Below are positions 40,201 to 51,249 of a stretch of 64,000 nt of DNA, one piece after another; position 1 is the stretch's first letter, and each line of letters starts with the position of its first letter. The DNA lies in assembly GCA_048013815.1 (NCBI GenBank), contig CM106585.1, positions 14,198,001 to 14,262,000 on the forward strand, read 5' to 3'. The notes below the pieces were generated by a model that was not told the origin of the DNA, searched no databases, and saw nothing but the letters and a program-made list of their open reading frames with translations. The DNA comes from Setoptus koraiensis. Taxonomy: Eukaryota > Animalia > Arthropoda. The position numbers and the translations under genes are program-made.

Positions 40201-42683
40201 AGCAATTTTCACCTGTTTATGTTGTGCCGGAGCATCATTTACACCATCATCACCGGCGCGATCATGGAAAGAAAAATGCTACGGCTGTTAGCGCCCATGA
40301 TCAAGATCAACGCGACCAGGCAGCCGCTATTATGGGTCGCTCCTCGTCGGAGAAAGAGATGGCTAATTTGTCCAATCTACATAACGATCATCGCTATGGC
40401 AGCCAAGTGCAACCAAGGAAGAGTAGACGCCATTCATCTAAGATGAACAGCAGTAGTAGATCGTCGGAAAGGTGTCAGGCTGACAAATCGAAGAAGATAA
40501 CTCTATTGGGTGAGTCGGATGGAGCACAAATGTTAATGCGCAATCATTCGAGGGGACGCTATGACCGTCCAACGGATCATGACGAGCCACAGGTATATCT
40601 ACTGGAGCGCTTGAATAAGGTCAATGATGTTGCGGCCAAGCGACAAGATCAAGACAATGCTGATATGATATCTGTAGACACTGTGGCCTGGATGATAGTA
40701 TTCGGTGACGCCGTGCTCAATATGATTGATGGCTTGTCTATAGGGGCGGCATTTGAGCGTAATATATTAGCGGGTATCAGTATTTCTGTAGCAGTTATGT
40801 TGGAAGAAGTTACCCATCGTCTAGGTACGTTTGCTGTGCTAATAAGAGCAGGCATGAGTATGCAACAGTCGCTGTTTTGCATATTCTTGTCCGCCTCTGC
40901 TCTTTTTCCCGGTCTAATTATTGGAATATTACTGAGCGATGCCACCGAAGATGCAACGCCGTATATTTTTTGCGCTGCCGGTGGCATATTCCTTTACATG
41001 GCACTCGTTGATGTCATGAAAGAAATGAACAGGTCCATAGAGAATGCCATCAGAAAGGATGTTAAGTCAACATTACAGATATTTGCACTACAAAACGTTG
41101 GAATTATATTGGCTGTGATTTTTCTGTCATTCTTGGCTTTGCACGAACAAGCCATGGATTTTGAAGAATATCAACTACAATACAATCAACCATGACGCGA
41201 TACTATGAATAAAAACGTTCTAGACAATCCCGACATCAGTGAAGTGCCTGTAGTGTAGTGGTTATCACATCTGCCTAACACGCAGAAGGTCCCAGGTTCG
41301 AGACCTGGCAGGCACAGCCTTGACTTTTTGCAACTTTCGCGAATGAAAGATAACGTGTGACATTATTGTGACCATTTTTTTTGTCTCCCATTTGTTCAGA
41401 GTCATTTCGTCGCAGATTCGTCGATCATTCAATGAATAAATATTATATAACACTAGCTATAAAGTAAATTATTCCCGTTCTCATGATGTCACGAGCGGCG
41501 ATCCATTCAAATGCAGCAGATCACTCTCGCGCGCTCTACGCTAGACGGATCTCAATCTTAGAAACATGCGTTGATCTTTCTTCAAATTATTAACTTTCTA
41601 CTTACCGTTGGCATTTATAATATCATTGGGTGTGTATCCTAACTTCAAAAGAACTGTTCGCACTAGATCTATATACAATACATTGCTAGTAATTATGGCG
41701 TAGGTTTCATGGCAAGTGGTTGTGGCGCCCACTCCTGGTCTTCGTTGAATATTACCTAAGGATTGTTGTTGATCGTGCTGCTGTTGTTGCTGGTGTTGTT
41801 GTTGTTGTATTTGCTGCTGCTGTTGCTGTTGATGCTGTTGTTGATTTTGTTGTTGTTGTTGTTGCTGATGTTGTTGCTGCTGCTGCTGTTGTTGTTGTTG
41901 CTGATGTTGTTGCTGCTGATGTTGTTGTTGATGGTGGTGAAGTTGCTGATGGTGATCGTTGCTCACATCCATGCGGCTTATATTTTGAAGATTATTGGCA
42001 GATGACTGACTTGGTTGTTGTTGTCTTTGGTTAGTGTTGCTGGATTGGCTGTCGTGCGTAGAAGTATGCATAAGATCGTCACAATCATCAAAAGGATTGA
42101 TATGATCATTGACTATTGGCGGTGTAGAGGAGGAGGATAGGCACCTTGGCTTCGCAGCTGATGCCGCCGTTATCGCTAGTGATGATGCTGGTGGATCTAC
42201 TGTCGATGAAGAGGCTGAGGATTTGACTTGTTCGATAATGCAATGTATCGGTATTGAGGTGCGTGTGTGAGTTACTGATGACGAGAGCGTCCTTTGATTA
42301 TTTTGTTGATTTTGTTGCTGGTGGTGATGTTGATGATGATGTTGCAAACTAAAATGTTGCTGCTGATGATTATAATCGCTGGTGGATGGGTGAGATAACA
42401 AGGGATCTACATCACATTGTTGTTGATGTTGCCTAGAAGTTGAATTAGGCATAGAGGCGGATAGGGCCTCTGGTGTGAGTGGTTGCACCGAAGATGTGGA
42501 TGCTTGTATTAGGCGTTGCTTAGAGGTTTGCAAAAGAGGAAGATGCTGATTTAAATGATGCGAATGCTGTAGAGGATGATGACCGCCAACATTACTAGCC
42601 ATTTCAGTGAAGGAGGTACGTGTGCTTGCGGCTACGTACAATTCGGATATGTTCTCCATAAAATTAATGGAGTTGATGTCCAT
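31266..42683 (-). CDS. dve: defective proventriculus (dve)/SATB-family homeobox gene; exons 42683-41606, 37177-37051, about 32346-31531, 31338-31266
   Basis: ULD domain split over exons 1-2 (IHCIIEQ...TYAII...DLVRTVLLKLGY....ANA/SLQVKNWKPL...ATVGEILGDI..FVTLRIKL); homeodomain RTFIDPMTEIPLLESWF...LNSLPYRSRFPPLEGRNLVF/WFKNRRAK; exon lengths sum to 2094 nt (698 codons). Exon 3 acceptor is the least certain junction. Confidence 0.8.
37686..41195 (+). CDS. LIV-1 subfamily ZIP (SLC39) transporter-like protein, 1169 aa, intronless, nested antisense in dve intron 1
   Basis: Signal peptide, ectodomain CPLMLFRI (CPALL-like), TM1-3 (KVWIFSVLF.., GLAVGGLAGSATLHMFPQAF), long cytosolic loop, TM4 VAWMIVFGDAVLNMIDGLSIGAAF, TM5-8 incl. 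AAGGIFLYMALVDV; AATAAA at 41208-41213. Confidence 0.88.
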   Translation: MIHSAQLISFGLLWFVILLLILCNVQVKEALDISNSKNIYNKSNNEDRLTASHVEYPSNPASKIARLKWLHSHYGALGGPGTQDNLSNNAIHEPDRWPSFKDRYDSGAIDATQGGLSVIRTDYGDSIINNDDEVSDENRITFRPILEESIDLETMHGVEQLTNLVLIKTNSLPGGINEQIDARYLDNLLDTLNTGLRKPFKSIAGDILGIFPTFEEINVECDNYVKSSTRAVYNYDTSYNVTARPTAVRVDNANTTATQSSDGLEREGEPSTSNIPLAQQQQQQQDHQYKSSLDVCKAVTGNCLSMTDIMNILPSSVNSFEKSFVRLCPLMLFRIMNQMCESQGPATHRHQHDQWLSTSWIPSMPTLSHLTNDDDSAARGQSQYQQQQKLYYNNNKRRKLHKKLSSSSANQQNGNNHIDEQMQRIKLKIAEPSIEKVWIFSVLFVTLSIVVSMGGLIVLPFVNKTTRRRILTLFEGLAVGGLAGSATLHMFPQAFGLIDASYRKYFWRICTVFCGIYVCYLCERIIKIVKVMRSKNKRRSRASLSDLNHYIDISLMNKGGQPSRRLISTRSSGSGHGANLEAAYKGSRYHSDDDDYDEADNIDEDEYYDDNMDYFEYQNYRQSAKMSSPRYMGPGGAGSRNGRKKTSRGIERLKRLFLPKRNAYKGSHDTELDLSTLVGLRPNLDEVWRNGAHQHETEGDEVAYNDEHGIVSLNDEAVHFTNDKLDHHNAAKIDDGRHVESSRKHRKKHKKERHCDEADNDAVTEREAKKRSKKMKKAKKNEDKKRRKSNESDRINSDQHHIDHYFANAKTNSTLNDNDLPQTNPTRERLMRCLNSVQQQFSPVYVVPEHHLHHHHRRDHGKKNATAVSAHDQDQRDQAAAIMGRSSSEKEMANLSNLHNDHRYGSQVQPRKSRRHSSKMNSSSRSSERCQADKSKKITLLGESDGAQMLMRNHSRGRYDRPTDHDEPQVYLLERLNKVNDVAAKRQDQDNADMISVDTVAWMIVFGDAVLNMIDGLSIGAAFERNILAGISISVAVMLEEVTHRLGTFAVLIRAGMSMQQSLFCIFLSASALFPGLIIGILLSDATEDATPYIFCAAGGIFLYMALVDVMKEMNRSIENAIRKDVKSTLQIFALQNVGIILAVIFLSFLALHEQAMDFEEYQLQYNQP
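41244..41316 (+). tRNA. tRNA-Val(AAC)
   Basis: GTGCCTG/CAGGCAC acceptor stem, D-arm TAGTGTAGTGGTTATCAC, anticodon loop CTAACAC, T-arm GGTTCGAGACC, T5 terminator at about 41325. Confidence 0.95.
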
Positions 42684-42890
42684 ATTAATAGAATTTGTTA
42701 TAAAAAATAATAACTATTCTGTGATAGCTTTGGCTATTTCTTGTATTGCTGTCAAAGCTTACTCCAGTTACTCTATGATAATAGTGGTTGTAAGCGTTCT
42801 TGTTTTTAACAAAAATTATGCCCTCTTTTTGCTAAATCTAGGAATCTATAAAATAATCATATTAAGTAAGGTAGTAAATATATATGTATA

Positions 42891-42942
<52 letters not shown>

Positions 42943-45017
42943 ATGTATGCTTTAAATATGATGAATGTTTATATCCAAATATATCCTAATGAATTTAGTA
43001 TGGATGTCAAAGGTTGCAGAAAGAGGGTTGTTGTCAAATGGCTATCTTATCATCATTCAATAGATATAACTATATGTTATAATTATCAGAATTTTTCGTT
43101 ATGGTATCAGGGTCCAACATGGTTGCTAGTTAGCGGAATAGTTTAGTTAGATTAGCTCCGATAAAATTATTATTATTATTAGTCCTGTTGTAATTATAAT
43201 TTGTGTTGATGATAATAACAAAGATCATGCGGTGGTGCTGCGCTGATTGAACAATAATAATTATAATAATATTGTGTAGTTTGTGTTGGCATCAGATAAT
43301 TAGTAGTTGTTGCTTTCAATCCTTTTGATAATTGTGTTGTTGCTGTTTTCTTTTACGAATTCTCATGGAAGATATCGGTAAGGAATACATCATGTTGCTA
43401 GCATGTTGTGTTATTAGAGAATAAAGTGGATCGGGCAAACCAATTGGATAGCGGTGGTATACAGATGGAACATGATATACAGAGGATAATGATATAATAA
43501 TAGTATATGAGAGTGATAAATAAGGTAAATGACGATGACGATTTTCTATCTCTCATCAATACAGCCACAAATATATTTATTGGAGTAGAGAGAGAGAGAA
43601 ACAGATCCGTTGTTGTGGTGCCATACAAAATTGCATCCACTGTGCTCCCTATGTAACATATTAGCCTTTCTTATGTGCGTCTGTGCGTCTGTCTATTTGT
43701 GTCGCACTGTCAGTTTGCCTGTGCGTTTATGCGTGCGTCTGCCCGTCTGTGCCATGAGCCCATCAAAGTGATATTAGTGCACTGTGCACACAGTCAACCG
43801 AATATGTGTGTGTGTGTGTGAGTGTATAGGATAAATAAAAAAGAGAACGCTTCAATGAGCGAACAATTTTATATAATACATATATAAATATATTATATAA
43901 TATATTTATATATATATATAAATATCAGAGGGAAATGAAACTGGCAATCATCAAATATACATGTTTTATTTAACTTAAGCAGTAACAGTAGCTGTTCTTT
44001 ATCGCTTTTATTATATTATAGCCTCGCTCAATACAAATGGAGCACAACAACTATCGGTGTACATTTATTGCACATCATGAGCTAGTGTTCCTATTTCAAG
44101 TGTGTCGGTGAGCGGGACGTTGTGCAATTTTCAGATGCAATTTATCCATGAGAGGGCACAATATCAAATAATAGGTATTATGCTGTTCGGCACACTTATG
44201 TAATGCGCACAGTTGCCGACACCGACCGTGCCCTCTATCGTCAGAATATCGTGATGAATACCTGACCATTGTTGCTTAGACCTCCGTAGGCCCCCTGTCA
44301 GCCGTATCAATGCTCATATTGACCCTTTGCTGGAGTCAACTAAAAGCGCGTTCAATTAAAAGTAATATGCACATCAGAACTACCGGACTGAACACGTAAT
44401 TTCGCATATACAGGGCGTCCAGCTTGAAGCCAACAACTTTTTCGTGCAAATGTGCTTTCAAAACTGCTCGCTAGGTAGCGTTGAGATTTCGGTGGGCGTG
44501 TTAGTGCAAAGAAATTTTGTGTCAATTGAACTTATCGTGCAAAATCCAATTCCGTGACAATTAGTCAAAAGAGCCTGAGCTAAATATATCAAATTTTATT
44601 GACTGAATACAAAAAGCATTGGAGCGAATAGTGTCGGCTTGATAATCATGTCGGGCGGGAACAGTTCCCCGAAAACCTTGTTTTTCGACGGATAAACCGC
44701 TGGAGTTTCGACTTGCAAGCTACTGCGCACCAAAGAATTGACTAGATTTCCGGCGCTCGAATTGCGAGGAATGAAACTGCAGATCTAATCGATACTCAAT
44801 AATTGTTTACATAATGACGACGCCTTCTTGGTGGATCGACTAGTGAAAGAAAGCATCCAGAATATGGCAGTGAGGAAAAACAACTGGCCCAAAGTTTAGA
44901 CTAAACTACTCTGAAGGTATCAGCATCTGCTGAGCATCTGTCTCAGCATTATGGTATTGAATAAAAAAACAAACTTTGTAGCACTTGGCGACGATGCTGG
45001 ACGATAAATCCTGCGAA

Positions 45018-47142
45018 TTATGCGAATGCGAATTGTAATATCAACACTATGCCGGATATGATCCATCCAATGATCTGTACAATATTATGATATTATGATT
45101 GTTATTAGTATATAACAGTACGATATATGATGAGTTAGTCACCAGGACAAATCGTGAAATATATCGAGCTCGCTCTGTGTATTTATCGTCACTCACCATG
45201 GGCATGTTTCCCAGTGTTATTGGGTACAGACAACCAATCACAAAGGAAGTGTTCTTCACATATCTCAAATCTTCGGAAACATTCATTAATCGTTTCAAGT
45301 TTCGTTTGCTCATGATCGACTGATGGATCATTAGACTTTGCAGCCGATGATAGATGGCTACGAACTAGATCAATCAAACGAATAAATCCATTTAAGATGC
45401 GTCAATATTGTATGAGAAAAAAAAACTTTTAATGAGTTGATTCTATTCGATGACTAAGCGTTAGAGAACCATAAGAGATCTCTATAACGGAAGATAAGTT
45501 AGCCATGTGTTATGAAGTATAGATAAGAAAACTTGTGTGTCGCACTCACTTTTGCGTGGATAAGAGCGGCAAATATACTGACCAGAAGGACAGGAATACA
45601 AAAACTTGCAAAGATAGTATAAATTAATTGTAACTGAAGACTATCCGGGTTCTTGAGTTTCATAAGCTCGGCGACTATTAGCATGACGCAAGGCATTCGA
45701 ATTATGAGTTCGATGTGCAAATAGAACGTATGTGCTCGTTTCAAACAATCTAATTCCCAACGTATTTCCTTGACCATTTGAACAAGTCTATCGATTTCCT
45801 CGGGTAAATTAACATTTTTTTGCTTATTGTCTGCAGTTATATTTACAGGCATCCGGGCGGAACTGTTTTCAACACGTGATTTCCCAAATATTTCTTCGCT
45901 GCTATATGGTACATGATTTGTAATTATTAATGATTTTTTTACATGGGCAGCGTAATGATCTGTGTCTAATAGAGGCGAAATAACGTCTCTCTGCTGCTGC
46001 CTCTGTTGGCTGCAAAGTTTTCCCAGCTCCAAGGCGAAAGTAAATGTATGCTTTGCCTTGTTATAACAGACCACGCAATCCACAAGAAATTTGCTAAGGT
46101 CAAGAGCGCCGCACCCGAGACTGGCGAGGGAAAAAATGAAAAGACTATAGGGCACAAGACGGTGACTCAAAAAAAATTTCATTGAGAAATGACAGTTGTA
46201 CAGCTCAGTCAGTAGAGAAACTCGTACGACTGTCACCACCATAACTGCCAAGAATATACTGAAGCCAATAGCTGTGTAACACACGACCCTCATCGATACG
46301 ATATCCATTCTGTGAGGGGTGCCGGTCTTGAGAAGTTCTCTCGGAAATTTTAGTTGGTAGTTGATTTCACGAAAATCATCATCAAAGTTGAACATTACCT
46401 TCTGGCCATCAGTTGTTTCAAAATCTTCCGATGGCTCCGTGGCTATAATAAGTGGCTCAAATGGATTGTAATTATACAAATGTTCCCTCTGTATGCAATC
46501 TGGCATAATGCTCACGTTTGACTTATCTATTGGCATAATTTTCAAATCGCTCGCATCTGAATGACTGGAGCCTTTTGTTCTTTCGTGATGCACTTTATCT
46601 CTTCGATGGACCGCATCAACGAGGCCCAAAATATAAAACCATGCTCTCAGAGTCAATTTGATTGATAACAGGTAAATTACTGTTTGGGCACCAAGATCAC
46701 ATTTGAGATTTTTCACAGTCACAGATCTGCTTAAGTTCCTCACACGAACTATGTAAGTTTCTAAAACTACTAGCGATATAACTCTGTTCAGCATACGAGA
46801 ACATCTAAAGTATAAAAAGGAATCTTCAAGTGGATTTATTTTTTGCATTCTCAAGATAATATTCTCACAAGCGAACCCGTATTGAAAGGAATGTACCAAC
46901 AAGATGAGTCCTACAGAAAAATCGAATAGCATCCAGATTAAATAGGCGAGATTTTGTTGTTTCACTTTGTAATATAACTCCGCAACACCTCCCAGTCGAT
47001 CTAATGATTTTCGCTCTATCTTGTTCTCGTTGACGGATGCTGCCTTTTTATTATCTCTTTCTTGCAGAAGATTCCACCCGTAGTTGACATATATCACTAT
47101 GTAAATAAATGGCTGGAATAGATTGAACATGATTGAATCCAT
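45018..47142 (-). CDS. Gustatory-receptor-like multi-TM protein, copy 1, intact, about 605 aa (exons 47142-45550, 45364-45197, 45074-45018)
   Basis: Long hydrophobic first exon, two phase-0 introns with GTGAGT donors, last exon IIGWIISGIVLILQFAFA resembling the GR TM7 (hhhhhQF) end; penultimate exon ending SFVIGCLYPITLGNMPM. Confidence 0.65.
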
Positions 47143-47317
47143 ATTATAGTTTTACTGAAAATGATATTTAACTCAACAATAAAACACTTACTCTCTTTGT
47201 GACTCTCTTCGCTCATTGCGTAATGATATTTGCCATACACAATTTTTTTAGCTTCTGGTATCATATCACAAGTAAAGGTGATTACGCTCACGGTTTGAGT
47301 GGCAATATATCTGGAAG

Positions 47318-47817
47318 NNNNNNNNNNNNNNNNNNNNNNNNNNNNNNNNNNNNNNNNNNNNNNNNNNNNNNNNNNNNNNNNNNNNNNNNNNNNNNNNNNN
47401 NNNNNNNNNNNNNNNNNNNNNNNNNNNNNNNNNNNNNNNNNNNNNNNNNNNNNNNNNNNNNNNNNNNNNNNNNNNNNNNNNNNNNNNNNNNNNNNNNNNN
47501 NNNNNNNNNNNNNNNNNNNNNNNNNNNNNNNNNNNNNNNNNNNNNNNNNNNNNNNNNNNNNNNNNNNNNNNNNNNNNNNNNNNNNNNNNNNNNNNNNNNN
47601 NNNNNNNNNNNNNNNNNNNNNNNNNNNNNNNNNNNNNNNNNNNNNNNNNNNNNNNNNNNNNNNNNNNNNNNNNNNNNNNNNNNNNNNNNNNNNNNNNNNN
47701 NNNNNNNNNNNNNNNNNNNNNNNNNNNNNNNNNNNNNNNNNNNNNNNNNNNNNNNNNNNNNNNNNNNNNNNNNNNNNNNNNNNNNNNNNNNNNNNNNNNN
47801 NNNNNNNNNNNNNNNNN
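47318..47817. other. Assembly gap (500 N)
   Basis: Run of N; ORFs crossing it are artefacts. Confidence 1.
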
Positions 47818-49381
47818 ACACTATTGTGATTCCAGATAGAATCCATCCGAGAATCTGTCGAAAATTCGCAAGGGGTAGAGTTAGCTAAGTAAGAGGGCAA
47901 GATAAACATGATATGATTTGAGAATGCTTGGGCACTTACCAAAGGTAGATTACCAAGCGTCACAGGGTAAATACTAGCGATGACGAAAGAAGTGTTCTCA
48001 GCTTGCATCAAATCTTCTGATAAAGCCAGCAAGCAATCCAAATTAAATTTTGTCATTAACGATTGATGCACAATTAGACACTGAATCGTATGATAGATGG
48101 CTTGGAACTATATACCGGAATAATAAGTATTGTATGAGGAAGGAATGAATGCGATGGTTAATACTGAACTAATAATGAATCAGCTAATTTTGGGATATGC
48201 CTATCCTTTGGCCAAGATAGAACCAGCGAGCCGCAACATGCGCCTCACATACTGTAAGAGACACGGTTTCATAGCTTGATGCTGATGCAGACATCGATTC
48301 AGTAAGGCGGTAATCAATCTCGGTTTCGTGATCTCACCAATTCACTAGCGGTTTTTTTCACGAACGCAAAAATACTTTCGATGCTCTTAAGCTATCCAAA
48401 GGATTTGCTCTTCTCGCAATTAACTATTGAGATCATTAACGGGTGCAAGGTACTAACCTTTGAATGAATGATAGCAGAGGCTAAACTTATGATAGCCAAT
48501 GGCGCCCAATAAGCGGCGAAAATAAGTTGCAACACTGGAAGTTCTAGACTGCCCAAATCTCTCATTTTCATCATTGCGGCCACAGTCAATATGATGCAGG
48601 GAACTTTGAAAATAAGTTCTACATTCAACACGAAGGTATAAGATCGTTTCAATTGATCCAAAGTATTGCGCAATTCTTTCACCATTCTGATGAATTTATC
48701 GATTTTCCTCGACAAATCAACCAAATTTTTCTGGTTTTTGTCATCCAGTACATCAATCAGAGTCGTTGTCACGAGCCTTTTAGTTCCATTGTTGCTAATT
48801 ACACTGCGATAGGCTGTTGTAATTCGCACCTCTTGAGCATTCTCATAATTACCGTTTTTTGATTCTGTGTTTGTCTCAAATGCTGTCGGTTTGGTAAGTG
48901 AATCTCTGCTTTGTTTCTTATGAAGCCAGTATAGTTCTACCAGTTGCGAGGAATAAGTTACTGCATGCTTCGCCTTACTAAAACAAACACAACATGTGAT
49001 TACAAAGTTACCTAGATCAAGAAATTCTACCACGGCTTGAAGAACGCCTAACCCAGCCATGGACCAAGGTATAAGGCGCTGACGGATGCACAATGTTAGC
49101 GAGCTATGACAATTGATAAATTCGAGCGTTAGATAAGCTGCTGCACAAAACAAGAACGCGAGAACAGTTCCGATAGTGGAACTAACATTGAAGTAGCATA
49201 GCCGTCTGAATGTCTTCATATCCATCTTATGAAACGCACCTGCCTCGCGAGTTATTTTCGAAGGGTCGATTTGATAGTTGATCTCGCGAAATTCATCATC
49301 AAAATCAAACAATTTGTCTTTGTTTTGTGTTTTCTCTGAGTCGTCCGAATGCAAACTGGCCGATTCTCGACTGAAGCCCAC
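47818..49381 (-). pseudogene. GR-like copy 2, 5'-truncated (exon 1 remnant 49381-48458, exon 2 48107-47940, exon 3 from 47854 into gap)
   Basis: Near-identical to copy 3 from exon 3 through intron 1; homology stops abruptly at 49381, about 240 codons short of the paralogs' start. Confidence 0.7.
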
Positions 49382-51249
49382 ACTTATTATTTATATCTAC
49401 ACAGAGTGTACATAACCACAGAAACAACAATCGATCGATCATCATATTAATATTATAATATCAGATGTAGTTAAAGCAGCCAATAGCGACTGTATTTAGT
49501 TTGTGTTCACCACAAACACACACTGGCAAGTAACTTAGCCAAGTACCTAGATGGTAACGATGTCTGATAGTTGCTGTCGTTTATACAACCATAGTCACCT
49601 CGAGGCCAATGGAATAGATCAAGAGTCGTCAATGACATCAAGCCTACAAGGCTCCTCTAACGAGGTTCCGGCACCGAACATTATTTTGCGAGAGCCTAAT
49701 TAGCATATTATAATGATATAATGCATTTAATGCAAACATGTGCCAATTAGATTGTTAGCAGGTAGTTGTGGCAGCGGTCGTATAACGCGAGAGACAAACA
49801 CACAGCATCATTCATCAGTCATATGGATCACTGGAAAAACACGTCAATATGGAATCGCAGGGCTTGAAAACCCAAAAAGAAATCGCATATCATGGCATGA
49901 TTGCATCGGAGATACCTTCCAGGTTGTATAGGATGTCATCACAATTCATTATCAGGTCAATCTGTGTATGAATTGTGTTATATATCCCGTATCAAGCTGT
50001 ATTGATTCTCATGCTATGGAAACACCTGTAATGGACCTCATTAATCTCATTACAGAACTAGTGCAATTGAAATTATTCTTGTTAAGTGAAAACAATAAAA
50101 TGTCACACACCCTTTAACAAATCCACATAACTACAAGTTAGTGGATTAAAATCAATACATGGAACATGTAGCAATGGACAATATTACAAATGGTCCCAAT
50201 ATTTAAGATCTAATCCTACCGACCGCCTATATCAATAGTATGTTCAAGCCAAAAATATACTATGGCCAGCATCTATTTTCTCCGAGAAAATGTACATTTA
50301 TATGATTGCAAAATAATATTATGTAAGTTTTAAAGACCACTTACCTGCAATCACAAAAAAAAAATAGTTAGGATGTGTAATCATCTAGTGATGTTTTAGA
50401 TAACTGCTCAGCAGTACATGGATTCATCTAACTGGAATGATCACACCACTTATTGGAATTGTCGATAACACCGTCTAATGCCACTCAAAATAGACAAAAT
50501 ATTCCTACATTTGCACCAAATGGGCACCTATACACTAAATATCCCCCCATCTGATTTGGAATTTAGATATAGAGTTTAGTCGAAGATATAGACTTTAATC
50601 ATAATATCGATAAGTATATCCATATGGACTCAATCAATTATCATTTTGAGCGTCTCGAGGAACATCCCAACGTACCCCAGAACGTTGAAAATCAGGCTCC
50701 ATTATATAGTCGTTAAAACATCTGAATTGAAGAAACGTGACTCTTATATTACTATTATTGCAATGAGTTAACATTGTTATCACCAGATACCTTCCGGGCA
50801 TAAAACAAGCACCTTGGTGCTTGAGATTAAGCAGCCTTGTTTTGTTTGCCTGTACTGATAGAATGTTTACTCTTGCTAGTCAATCAATAGATTGCTAGCC
50901 AACTGAAATACGAACAACCAAACTCCGATACTCTCATTCAAGATTGAAGCTATTAATCAATGATTTCAATGATCCATATACATTTCAAACAAAAACTAAG
51001 GCTCGTATTTCATCATATCATTGCAAATTATTACCAAGCAAGATCAGAAATCAACACCAACTTATTCTTATAAGCAATTCTGAGGCACTTTGAGTAAATT
51101 GTTTCTATATTAATACGATAAAATCACACGGAGTACCCGAATCTTTGTGGCAAGACCTTAAGCGGCTTGTCGATGCACACCTAAAGTGGCATCATCTACA
51201 AAAGGAATAGGACTCATCTTAGTTAGTTTGTCATTTATAGACTGATTAA

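Noticed and set aside
44101-44240. Interleaved 7-9-bp complementary pairs suggesting a pseudoknot
   Set aside because: Matches this short are expected by chance in 64 kb; no known RNA motif or promoter.
44409-44420. TACAGGGCGTCC resembling a Tc1/mariner terminal inverted repeat
   Set aside because: No partner inverted repeat found.
47097-48071. Long ORFs spanning X runs
   Set aside because: Artefacts of the 500-N gap.
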